This document shows positions 13,901-25,900 of a DNA stretch of 64,000 nt, piece by piece. The stretch is from assembly GCA_013239625.1 (NCBI GenBank), contig MU056737.1:2745846-2809845 (forward strand), read 5' to 3'. The position numbers were made by a program, and so were the translations under genes. The notes below the pieces were generated by a model. The model worked only from the letters and a program-made list of their open reading frames with translations. It searched no databases and was not told the origin of the DNA. Within the stretch, counting starts at the first letter, position 1. Every line of letters begins with the position of its first letter. Source of the stretch: Lama guanicoe (lineage: Eukaryota).

Positions 13901-16900
13901 AGTGGTCGAGGAGGTGACGACTGAATCTGGCTCTCGGGTTCTCACTGACCCTCACTAGCACTTGCTCCATGTGGCCCTCTGTCACAAATCCAGCATCTTG
14001 TCTGTGACAAGCCCCTCCCCCGCCTCCTGAGGTGGCCAGAAGGTCCCTGTGAGTCCAGCCAGGGCTTCTTGCTCCGGATGTGGTCAGAATGGCCTCGTTC
14101 TGAGGACGGTGACCCCCTGTGCCCAGTTTCCACAGAGCTCCGGCCCTGGGCCGACGCTGAAAGGCTGGATTCGGGCAGGGAAGCGCCTGTGTCCCGTGCG
14201 CTGGACACAACCATGGCTCCCGCGTTGGGAGGCCACATGGACGGTGTGTCTGGAGATCGCTGCATGGACTTCCCGTCCTGGTGTCAGTCCGTCCTGAGGC
14301 AGGAGTGACTTTTTTTTCATGTTTATGCCCTAGCCAGTCCGGGGACGCTTCCTGTCCATAAAGCTGCTTGTGCTGTGGTCTGCGAACACTGCATGTGCAG
14401 AGACCGTCCTCGGTGGTCACGGTGAAGGAGAACGAAGCAAAGAATAGGCACAGACAGTCCGGTCACCTGCACAGCTGAGGACACCGCAATCTCCGCCTCG
14501 GGAGGGAGGGACGCCCCCAAGCACGCCTGGCCCCCCCGTAACGGAGCAGACCCACAGAGCTCAGGGTGGGAAGGTCTGAGTCTCCAGCCCCTGCTTCGTC
14601 TTATCAAGAAACGTGAGCCTTAACCGATCATGGCGCTATCACCTCGGGATTTTCCGAATCGTTCAAAACCTGTTTAGGTATTCAGCCTGCTGCCTCACAC
14701 GTGAGCACAGACCAGCCCTCCTCCCGGCAGAGCTGCTCTTTGAAAAATCTTTCATTATCACCTGTTTTCTGGCTAATGTAACTTGAATGTCAAAATCCAC
14801 CTCCTCCCCAAAACCTAATCAAAACCCCATTTTTAAAAAGGGATCGTCTAAAAAGACATAAACTTACAAAGACAACAAAGTGGATGAAATGAGAGCAGCT
14901 GCCCACCTTGACAGCTTCCGGCTTGTCACTTGGACACAGTTCCAGCAATGAGTGCCTTAGTCCCCCCGGAAGTCAGATCCTGATGCCGCAGACCCGCGTT
15001 CGCCCCACAGGCACTGGCGGCAGCAGACATCAGGGATGGCAAAGGGGGTTGAACTGGACTGCTGGCTGCACTTGTCCCCCCAGGGTTGGCGCCCCCCCCC
15101 AGCAGCTCTGCGTCCCCGCACTCAGCCCCGCCGACAACTGCAGCAGCGAGGGCAGGAGCCCTTCCTTTTTTGGCCGAGGGAAATGTGAGAGCAGTTTGAC
15201 AGCGCTCTTTGGTGAGTTAGGGAGAGGAGGTCTGAACGCTCCCACATTTGAGATTGTTCGACTGTCAGGGCGGGAAGTGGGCGTACTCAGTGTGGGCGGA
15301 GCCGGGGTTCCAGTCCAGGGACCCAGTAACCCAGACAAGGTAGACGCCGAGTAGCGGGAATGGCCAACCAGAGCAGACAGGCCATCGCATCACATTAGTA
15401 CTTACTTTTCCCCCCAAATCTTTGATTTAATAAAATGATTTAACTTAAAAAAAAACTATTGGCACATAATTCATACATCATCTTAAAATAAGAGGGAGAC
15501 GTAATCTCAGGATAAGAACGCATCTGAACTTAAACTGAATGCACTTAACCTGATTTTTTTTCAGTTTTATTAGGTACTGTTGTTACAGCTTGCACGTATA
15601 CAATATGTTGCATGTAAATACACAGTATACTGCGTGTATAATTTACATATATGTTCTGTTCACTGTTTCTAAGAACGTTTAGACCTTTAGCTTTTTAAAC
15701 TTAGTTATCAATGGAGTAAAGCTAACCACAATATAAGAATTAATTCAAAAAGATACATGCACCCTGCTACCAACAGCAACATTATTTATAATTGCCAAGG
15801 TGTGGAAACACCCTAAGCGCGTCACGTTAGTCCTCAAGGGCTGGGATAAGGGCTGGGATCATGGCAGCTGGGAATGGTGACAGCCCCGTCCAAACCTGCT
15901 CATCTTCTTGCTTTCTGTGGACCTTCCATTTTGGTGGTTTCTGGTTTGTTTCTCTGATCCAGCCTGTCCCCTTAGCTGACACTGCTGTGCTCGGCGCTGG
16001 ACCCCGGTCCCAGCTGATGGTGGCACGTCAACTGCATGCAGTCGGTCCTTCTGTTTGATCAGCTCTTTGCCGTATGGTCCTCCTCCTCCTGCCCAGCTGT
16101 TCTGCTGCGGTGTGTGTTGTTCGTCTCCACCGCGGGAGAGTGTCATTTAGTCTTAGCACCAGGTCCTTTCTCCTCTAATCCGTCATGAGCATTTCTTCTG
16201 CGGTTCCTCAAAGTTTGCCACTTCTGCATTTCTCTGTAATTCTTAACTTCTTAATTTTGATTATGTACAAAACCACTTGAAGTTACATAAAATTGATTTT
16301 GCTGTTCATGTGTCAGAGCCTACTCTGAGAGTTACAGAATTTATACACAGGGGTCATTTTTAAGAACTAAAGTTATTTTTGCAAAAAAAAAAATAACTTC
16401 CGTTGTGATTTTAACAAGTTAAAAACAGCACATGCGCATGGTTAGAAAACGTCGTTGCTAAAGAATGGCCTTTGCTGAGGAGGGTGTGGTGCAGTGGTGA
16501 GGCCTGCTCGGCGCGCTCAAGGTCCTGGGTTCCGCGTCCGGTACCTCCATTAAAAAATAAATAATAAACCTCATTACCTACGCCACCAAAAAAAGAAAAA
16601 AATTTTTTAAAAAAGAATGGTCTTTGCCTCTCCACTGCCGTGTCCCAGTGGAAGCTACTGTTAACTTGTTTAAAAAATACACTTAAAAATACATAAATTA
16701 TTTTTGCACACTGTTATATTAAAAAAAGACTAAAACAGTATCTAGGTAAGTAAAGACCCAGAGATGTGTGCGCTGCTCATACCACCCCCCCCCCCGTGAA
16801 GCTGGGGCCCCTCCCTCCGTGTCGGGGTTTGTATCTGGAAGGCGCGGGTTTTGGACGATCACTGGGGACTTGATTGGGGGCACGTGTGAACCGCAGTCAG

Positions 16901-19900
16901 TAGGACCTCGTGGAAACTCATTTAACACATTTAATGCAGAGGTTTCAGTTCCTTTCCAGATCTCTAGGGGCTGGCAGCGAAGCCAGCTGCCCCCAGAAGA
17001 CTGCAGTGCGATGCGACCTTTCATAACAAAATCATGTATATCCCAGGATATACCAGGAGGCTTTTGGTTTGCATGCTGCTTCGTTGGTCTTCTCAGCGAG
17101 GCCATGAGCACCTGATGTTTGTCCAGCTTCTTACAGCCTGAAAAGCACATTCCTGTGACGCTGGGTGCCGGAGTCGCACTTCCGACTGCCTGCGCTCCAT
17201 GCTCCCCACAGGTAGGCCCTCGTGGCGTCCCTGACCTCAGCTGCGCCTCACACGGCCATGCTGCCGTCTCTGCCTGCCTGACGATCTCCGTACTTCCTCC
17301 AAGGTTGCTCCTCAGCCGGGGAACGAGGGTCCCGGCTCCCCCCCCGGGAGGTTGCCCGGGCGGTGTGGACACGGCTGTGGGTCCGCTCGGACCCACGTCT
17401 GCGATGGGCACTCGGCCGTCCAGGGTCGCCCACAGCGGACGCCTGCCTCCTCACCCTCGCACCTGTGACCCCACCGGCCAGTCCTGGATACGCCCAATCT
17501 CGCCATAAAGAGAGAAGCACTCGCCTTCAGCACGTTTCCTGGGGCCGCCGCAGCAGGCGCCCACAAAGCAGGGGGCCTGGCGCCGCAGAAGTGTGATCTC
17601 TGCAGTCCTGGGGGCCGGAGTCCGAAAGCAGGCGGGGCGGGATGCCCACGTGCCGCGTGTCTGTCACACTGGGTGTCGTCCCCTCAAAGAAACTGATGCC
17701 TCCCTCGTGATGAGACTGAAATGTCAGATATCCGGGCTTTGAGACCATCCTGAACTCCCCTCGTCCTGCAGAAGGAAGCAAAGCGGATTTTCTTACAGGG
17801 AGCTAACGTGCCAAAGCCTTGTGGTCAGGGGAGATGGAAGGGACAGCGTGTCGTTTCAGAGAACAGAAAAGTGCCCTCAGGAAGGAACATTCGTGAGACC
17901 CTGTTGCTGGAAGGAGCAGAAACAGCTGCCATCCTGGCACCACCGGACTTCTCCTGGGGGAAGGCTGTTGCCCAGAACTCCTGTTTGAAGGACGGCTCTG
18001 TCTGTCCTGAATCTTTTGGACTGGGGGACAGAAAGACGCACGTCCCTCCAGAGTGGCCCGGGGGCGATGCTGTTTCACCCAGGCTCCTACGGCGCGCATC
18101 TGAGCAGGTGCTCCTGTATCCTGGCCCAGTGTAGGAACTACACATTCTGCTTCTATTCAGTTTATTTCAAATAGCTGATACCCAATGGTAAGTGAGGAGC
18201 CCCAAAGACAGAAAAATAATAACAATTATTAATTATGATTATAAAGAATATAATCATTAAATAATATCAGTAATCAGCCATCTACATCACTGAGGAAATC
18301 CGTGCGGTGGTACCAGTTCTCAGCAGCAGGGTCTGGAAGGGGAAACACACGGTCTGGTCCTGCAGGCTGCCTAACCCTCCAGACGTCTCTTCATCCAAGT
18401 TGCCAAGGCATTAACCCAGGCAGCCATTTTTAATTGTGAGTTTGTCCAGGTGAACGTTTGGAACCAGGCTTGACACTCCTTGGAGCCTCACCTGTGTGTC
18501 CGTGAGCAAGAACAGCTGTTCAGCGTCTCGGACATTCGGAGCTGTTCCCTTCACGGTTGCGGGTTCCACGACCGAGGAGAGACCGCGTCACGAGCGTAGC
18601 CTTGCAGATGATCTGGAGGTCCTGCGCTCATCGGAAACCGCGGCCAGCTCCCGAGCTGACCCTCCGCAGGAGCCCGTTGCTCCCCAGCAACAGCCAGTCT
18701 GCTGGGAAGGGACTTGGCGCTTGCCCGGTTAACACCGCCCCGTCACCAGCAGGTGTCAAGCTGTGCTGGTGCCTGGAACCAGCGTACCCCTCTGCAGAAT
18801 GAGGGCTCATGTCCTGGCAGTGCGCTCCCTGAAATGCCCGTTAGAAATAAATCACGTTATTCAGTGCCATAAACAGTGCCCCGAACCCCAGCTCCTTTAC
18901 CGCTGTCGCCCTGACTCCAGGTGATAGGAGCCTTAAGTCCTCCGTCTGCCTTCAGGGCCTCCCTCTGACCAGCTCTCCCTGCTCCTGGCCACCCGACCAA
19001 TTCCCTAAAGATGTTTCTCTGCCAGATGTCTTCCTGGGCACATGCATTTCTCCCTTTTCTAAGTCAAATGGGAGAAGAAGCATAAAAGTAAAAACTAAAT
19101 GCACCTCTGGGCCACCGAGATGGAGACCATCAACGGAACAGCATGGATAGATTTTTGAAAAGTTCATGTAAGTGGATCACGTTGGCAGTGAAAGCTAGGG
19201 GTCTGGGGCCATAACGTGATTGGTGAAAAGCGTGATGACCAAAACAATTCAAATAGCGTCCAAGGCTGCCCCCAGTCTGGCCGCATGGACCCTACCCAGC
19301 CCGTAGGGCCCCACCCCCGGGTCAGAGCAGCACGACCAGTTTCCAAGTGAAAGGTTAGAGGAGCTGACACAGAGCAGAGAAAAAGCAATGTCTTACTAGC
19401 ATTGAAAGTTCAAAGCTGTAGCATGTGCTCTTCACCTCAATCCAAGAAGGCACTGAGGCTGTTTCCATGGATACCAGATGTGCATACTATAGATTGGGGA
19501 GCGTAGGTGAAGGTCACAGCCCTTTGTTAATCACCTTCGACATCCATGAACTTCAAACCAGACCTCCAGAACCACCGCTGCCCTTCCATGAGGGCCAGAG
19601 CTGGGAGAAACAGCTTCAGCTTTCCACTGTTACTTCAGTGCCTAGAAAGCTCTGTGCTGACCCTCCTAGGCCTGTGAAGTATCTCACACGGCCTCCGAGA
19701 TCCAGCCTGTGGGCTTTCTCTAATCACACCGTCTCCTTCCTCCTTGGGGCCCTGAGAGCATTTTTTGCCTCTTTTATCTGTTGTACAAGATACAAAACTT
19801 TCCCTTCCAGGCGCTAAGCGCCCCGCAAAGGCAGGACACGTGTGACTGGCTTCTGCACAGCGGCCTGCTAATGCCTGAGTATCTGTCGAGTCGATGCACT

Positions 19901-22900
19901 AAGAGAAGTAAGTCAGACAGAGAAAGACAAGTATCATACGATACCACTTACACGTGGAATCTAAAGCAGCGGCGCACTGAGCCCCAGCAACGTGAGGGGA
20001 CAGTGGCAGGTATTCAGGCAGCACGAGACCCAGCCCAGCCCCGAGGGGTCACTGTCGTCACGCGTCAGAGTCTGCTTACGAGATGTCAAAGTGTGAACAT
20101 TTAACATTTTTAAAACAGAAATGTTGCAAACGAAGAAACCGGATCAAAAGCAATCAAAATAAAGCCATGTGTCATTTTATTTTTGTTTTTTTTTAATTGA
20201 AGTATAGTCGGTTTGTGATGTTGTGTTAACCTCTGGTGTACAGCATAGTGACTCAGTTACACGTGTATTTTTTTCATATTCTTCTTCACTATCAGTTGGT
20301 ACAAGGTACTGAGTATAGTTTCCTGTGCGCTGCAGTGGGGCCTTGCTGTTTGTCTATGTTACATGTAGCAGTTAGTATCTGAAAGTACTCCCAGTTTGTC
20401 CCTCCACCCTGCTCCCCCTGTAACCGTAAGTTTGTTTTCTATGTCTACGAGTCTCTGTTTTGTAAATAGGTTCATTTGTGTCCATCCATGTTGCTGCAGA
20501 TGGCATTATTTTATTCTTTCTTGGCTGAGTAGTATCCCGTTGTGTAAATATACCACCTCTTCTTTGCCCAGTCATCTGTCGATGGACAGGTAGGTTGCTT
20601 CCATGCCTTGGCTATTATAAATAGTGCTGCTATGAACACTGGGGCACGTGTATCTTTTTGAATTAGAGTTTTCTCCATATATATATATGGCCAGGAATGG
20701 AATTGCTAGATCATATGGTGAGTCTGTTTTAGTTTTTTGAAGCATCTCATGCTGTTTTCCATTCCCAGCAGCAGAGCAGGAGGGTTCCCTTGTCTCCACA
20801 CCCTCTCCAGACTCAGTGTTGATTCCATGGATACCTTCAAGCTTTCTCCCGTCGCTGGTTGACATCAGTGCCTTGGGGCTATGGAATAAACCCTCTGTAA
20901 TCCATGCGCCCATGATTTAGAGTTACTGAGAACTTAGGCAGAGCTGAATAGAAATTTTGAAAGAAAAAAGTTTTTTTTGAAAAAACAGTAAGAAAAGACT
21001 GCCGTAGGGATGTTGGTTCTGTTAACCAGTAGTGAGACCCCTAATTAGGATGCCCCTCAAAGTGTGGGTCCTCGCCTGCTGCCTGGAAAGAATTCACAGC
21101 CGAGGCAGAGGATAGAGCAAAGCTGCTTTTATTTCTCAGAAGAGGAAATGGAAGGAAAGTGCTGGAACAGGGAGCTGTCAGCTGAGACGGGAGGGAGGGA
21201 CGGCTCCTGCCCGTGTCGGGCCACGTGGACTTTTATGGGCGGCTTCTGCCATCTTGTCCTCCTGCCGGGTGTGATGGGGCCACTCAGCCCTTGCACCGGC
21301 TTTTCCGTCCTTGTATGGGCTTTTTTGGTGGTTGTCATGGCGATTGTCAGCTGTCATGGTGGGTGGGTCACTTAGCAGCTAATACATTACAATGATCATA
21401 TAATGAGGCTCAAGGTCCACTGGAGGTCACATCCTCCACCACCCTGGACTCCGTCAGTTCTAACCAGTTCTTGTTTCTTCTCTGCTACTGCCTCCGGGGA
21501 CTTAGAGAAGAGTAACTGGTTTCTAGGGAGGGGCAGGGGTATGATCCTGGGGCAAAGCCTTGGTGACAAAAAGGAAAGTCGCTTTTAGCTAGAATGGCTG
21601 CAATCTGGTGGGCCCAGCATCCCCCCCAAAAAACCATCTCCAAAGGTTCTGTTCAGCCATGAAACTTTGAAAGAGAAAAGGGGGAGTGACCTCAGTTAGT
21701 CGCTGAGACAGGTGGTCAGAGCCCTCGCCATCCCCCAGCGCCTGCAGGCTGGTCCTCATCAGCTGCTGGAGCTGCTCTTCTGAGACCCGGGGAGGCTCGG
21801 AGACGTCAGCTTTTCTATGAACAAGAGGTGGGGGGTTGGGGGCGCAGGGTCCTGCTCCCTTTCAGTTCCACGTTCGCTTGCCACCATCTCTGGTTTCCGT
21901 GCTAATTTCTGTGTGATCTGTAGTCTCAATATAGCAGATAGCAATCGCTTAGAAAGTTGCAAAACATTATTTCTTTTTTAAAAAAACTCTTCAAATCTGA
22001 TTCCTCACAAACTCAGTTTAGACTTTTCCACTTAGTCTGAGTGGCTGTATTTTTGTTGGTGTTAATCAGTTTTTCTTTTAACAACAAGAAAGCGTGTAGA
22101 GAGCTGGGAGCCTCCTGGTCACTACAGCTCCTTTAACTGCATGACCAGACCTACATCTGAGTCCCCGCTCTGGCCGCGGCCTTCGGGGAGCTGGTCTCTG
22201 TCTTCTCAGTTCAAGAGCATCGAAGGAGGTGGGTGTAGCTCAGTAGTAGAGCACACGCTTACCATGCACAGGGTCCTGGGTTCGATCCCCAGTACGGCCA
22301 TCAAAAAATAAATTAAAAGTTTGGAAAAAAAAAAAACAGAGCATCAGGGAACTTAGCTGTGTGTGTAAGGTAAGCCGCTAGCAAGAGATGTTGACATTTC
22401 TTTACCAAAAATACAAAAGCAATGTCTTTTTTATCACAAATTTAACAGATGTGAATAACTTATCATGAGGCTTTGCAAAGTAGGATGCAGTCCATCTCAC
22501 TGAAAAAGTGAAAACCTGCCCGGTTCACTTCGCAGCAGTGACTGCCCCTTCACCCCTGCACTTCCCTGGGGCGGTTTTGACCGACACCCCGCTCGTCCGG
22601 TCAGCTCAGCTATGAGCAGCTACTAGGGACGCAGAGTATGAGAGGGCTCCTGCCTGCGGCGGCGTGCTTGCAGGGAGGGCACGTAACAGGCGTGTGGCTT
22701 CATGGGGTCAGAGCTGCCCTACGATGTGCGCCGGGGACAGGGAGAAGCCGGGGAGCGCCCCAGCTCTGTGCCCGCCCTTGACCTCGGGGCAGTCACAGAC
22801 ACAGGGGGCTCTCCCTAACAAAACTGCTGCCCTGAAAGTCAGCCCTTCACCCCCTCTCCCCTCCAGCAAAGCCACCACCCACCTTACAGGTGGGAATATT

Positions 22901-25900
22901 CAGACTCTCCGTTCATCACGTGGCTGGTCAGGGCAGGGCCAGGACTAGAACCAGTGTTTCATCGCTGCGGGTGCCCGTGACACCACTTCTGCTCTGGGAA
23001 AACAAACTTTTTTGCTGATGGCTCTCCTCAGACACCTGCTCCCCAGACCTGAGCGTCCTGAGCCCCAGTGAGGCCCCAGACACAAGAGGGCACTGTAGCC
23101 CCAAGTATCTGCCACCCGTCCTCCAGGCGTGGGGGCTGAGTTACCGGTGGTCTCCCAGTGCCTGGTGCCTCCTCCAATTTGAGAAGTCTGCCTTTGGTGC
23201 CCACGCGGTGCCAGGTGCGGGGCTGTGTGTGGGTGTGCAAACGTGAGCAGGAGGGAGAGGCCTGCCCGCAGTAGCCCAAAGTCTGCACGATTGACAGCTG
23301 GTCAAGGGAGCGGACGAGCACAGGAGGGGAGGGGGTTGCCAAGCGTCTCTGCTGGAGACGGGCTCCCTCACCCACAGGATGGGCACGGACAGGTCAGAGC
23401 ACGAAGCTACAGGTCCCTGTGCTTCTGGAACTTACGTCAAGGATGTACAACCAACAGAGAGCGACAAAAGGCAGAATGTGGCAAATTGGGAAGCACTGTA
23501 AGTGCTGCAGTTGCCCAGAAAGGGGATGGTTGGTAACTGGTAACAAAGGAGGGCCTTCATCAAGAAGGAAGCAAGAGGAGGTGACCTCCTTGTGCCTTGG
23601 CTGCCCCATCTGTAAAACTAGGATAATGGTTGATGTTGTTGATGTTGATGANNNNNNNNNNNNNNNNNNNNNNNNNNNNNNNNNNNNNNNNNNNNNNNNN
23701 NNNNNNNNNNNNNNNNNNNNNNNNNNNNNNNNNNNNNNNNNNNNNNNNNNNNNNNNNNNNNNNNNNNNNNNNNNNNNNNNNNNNNNNNNNNNNNNNNNNN
23801 NNNNNNNNNNNNNNNNAGACGGTGCTGATGATGGAACTGTCTGTTGCAGACAACGCTGATGTCAGTGAGGATGGTGTGATCGGTGGTGCTGATGATGACA
23901 TTTCTGTTGTTGCTGTTGTTCTCTCAGCTGTGACCTCATACCTCAGAGGTGGGGCCTTCAGTCATTCTCACCTGTTCCCTGTAGTGAGGGGAAATTTCTC
24001 CTCTGGTTTCTGATGACTGGCAACATAAATTCATGTAGCAGCCAGTTAATAATGGCTATTAATTTTCCAATCTGTGCAAAAACAGGCTAAAATGACCAAA
24101 GTTTATCACTGAATATATCTGTGGAAAAAGGATTTATTTACTTTCTGGGTACAAGAAACAGTCAATGGTGGCCTCAGGACTAGACGAAGTGGATGTTGAA
24201 GGTCTGGGTTGCACGTTTGTAAGTGGGAAGGCTCAGTTTGAGCTTGAGTTTATGCTCTTAACCAACCCTGTCTGCACTGCTGTGGGATCATGATGTCAGG
24301 GCTAGGGAGGAAAGCTGAGTGTGTTCGTTGCTGGAATTGTCATCATTCGTGGGCCTGGAAGCTGGACAGCCCCCTCTTCATTCTCTGGTGTGCTTTGGAG
24401 ACTTGGTCTGCAGTGTGAGCAAGATTCTAAAGGGATGTGTCCTGGACACCCACCGACAGGCACAACCACCCAGGGAGGGTTGATAGGGCCCCACTTCTGG
24501 GCTCTATTTCCTTGGCCCAGAGGTATCTTGAAATTTAGCCCCAGTAAGATATATATGGGAGGGTGTCCTTGTGGGGAGGGAGGATGGCAGTGGCTTCCAC
24601 AAACAGGGTCAGCCTGGATCGTAAGTGGCTTTTCTGACAAACAAAGGTCTGCCTCTAGGTCCCTGTTGTGGATTGAACTGTGTCTCCCCAAATATGTTGA
24701 AGTCCTAACTCCTCTGCACTTCAGATTGTAACTTTGGACGTGAGATCGCTGCGTGTAATGTAATGAAATAAGATGAGGTCATTCTGGAGTAAGGCAGGCT
24801 CGTAATCCAGCATGACTGGTGTCCTTACAAGAAGAGGAAAAGTCACAGACGCACACGAGGCTGCAGACGCCTCGTGACAACAGAGGCAGAGCTTAGGGTG
24901 ACGCGTCTGCAGACCAGGAGCCCCAAGGGTTGGCGGCCCCCTGGAGGCCGGAGGAGGCGAGGCAGGGCCCTCACCCACGGGCCCTGCCTGTGCCTGGTCC
25001 CGGCCTCCAGCCTCCAGGTCTCTGAGACCAGTCTTAGAATCAATGAAAAACAGTGAATATAACGTTTATCCAACATGCCTGTTAATCCTGTCGTGCTACG
25101 AAAGCTACAGCTGAAGGGGGAAGTGATTTTAAAGTAGTTTGTGTCCCGGCCGTGGGGAGGGGGTATCACGCCCTGGGACCTTCAGGAATCTCCATCCTTC
25201 CCTCCACTTTTAATGCACTGAAGCTGGCGGGGCCTGAGCTCTGGCCGCACCTGTGTTTAACTGCTGTGAGCTTCATTTCTGTGCCTCCAGGGCCTTTCAG
25301 AAGGCTGTCCGGCCTTGAAGCGTTACCTCCAAGGTGTGCCCCCGACCCCGGCTCAGAGAGAGGCCCGCCCGAGGGTGATAATGTGTTTGGTTGACTCGTT
25401 TCAACTGTCTCCCCAGAGTGGTCCCCCCACCCCGGCTCACCCGGCCCAGCCCACTTGGGCATCTCAGCCTTTGGATGATAATGGCTCTCGGCCAGGAGGC
25501 TGGTGTTGCAGAGGGACGCCCGTCCTGTCCCACTTTAACCACATGGCAGCCGAGGCAGGAGAAATAAAGTTAATTAAGAGCGTCACTCGCATGGCTCCTC
25601 AAATTATATTTCTACTCCTTCAAAGGGCGCTCACGTATGTTGTAAAATAGTTCACTGTGGTGTGGATACGTCCTTAATTTTGTTTAAATTATTCTATGTT
25701 GCTCAGTGACAGGGTAAAAAAAATGAGGAAATTAGGGGAAGAGATTTTATTTTAACAGGAGGAAATTTTGAAAGGGTGAGTTTTGGGGGGTTTTCTTTGA
25801 GTTTTTTTTCTTTTGGTGGTTGTGTTGTGTGAGTTCTTGGTTGCTTTTGGACATGAACCCCTTTTCAGATGCATTGCTTGCAAATATCTTCTCCCTCCCA

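Noticed and set aside
22225-22300. tRNA-like sequence with A and B boxes
   Set aside because: The A-rich tail, TSD and related copies elsewhere show it is a SINE head, not a tRNA gene.
23419-24013. ORFs running through the N gap
   Set aside because: Artefact of 165 undetermined bases and a flanking low-complexity repeat.
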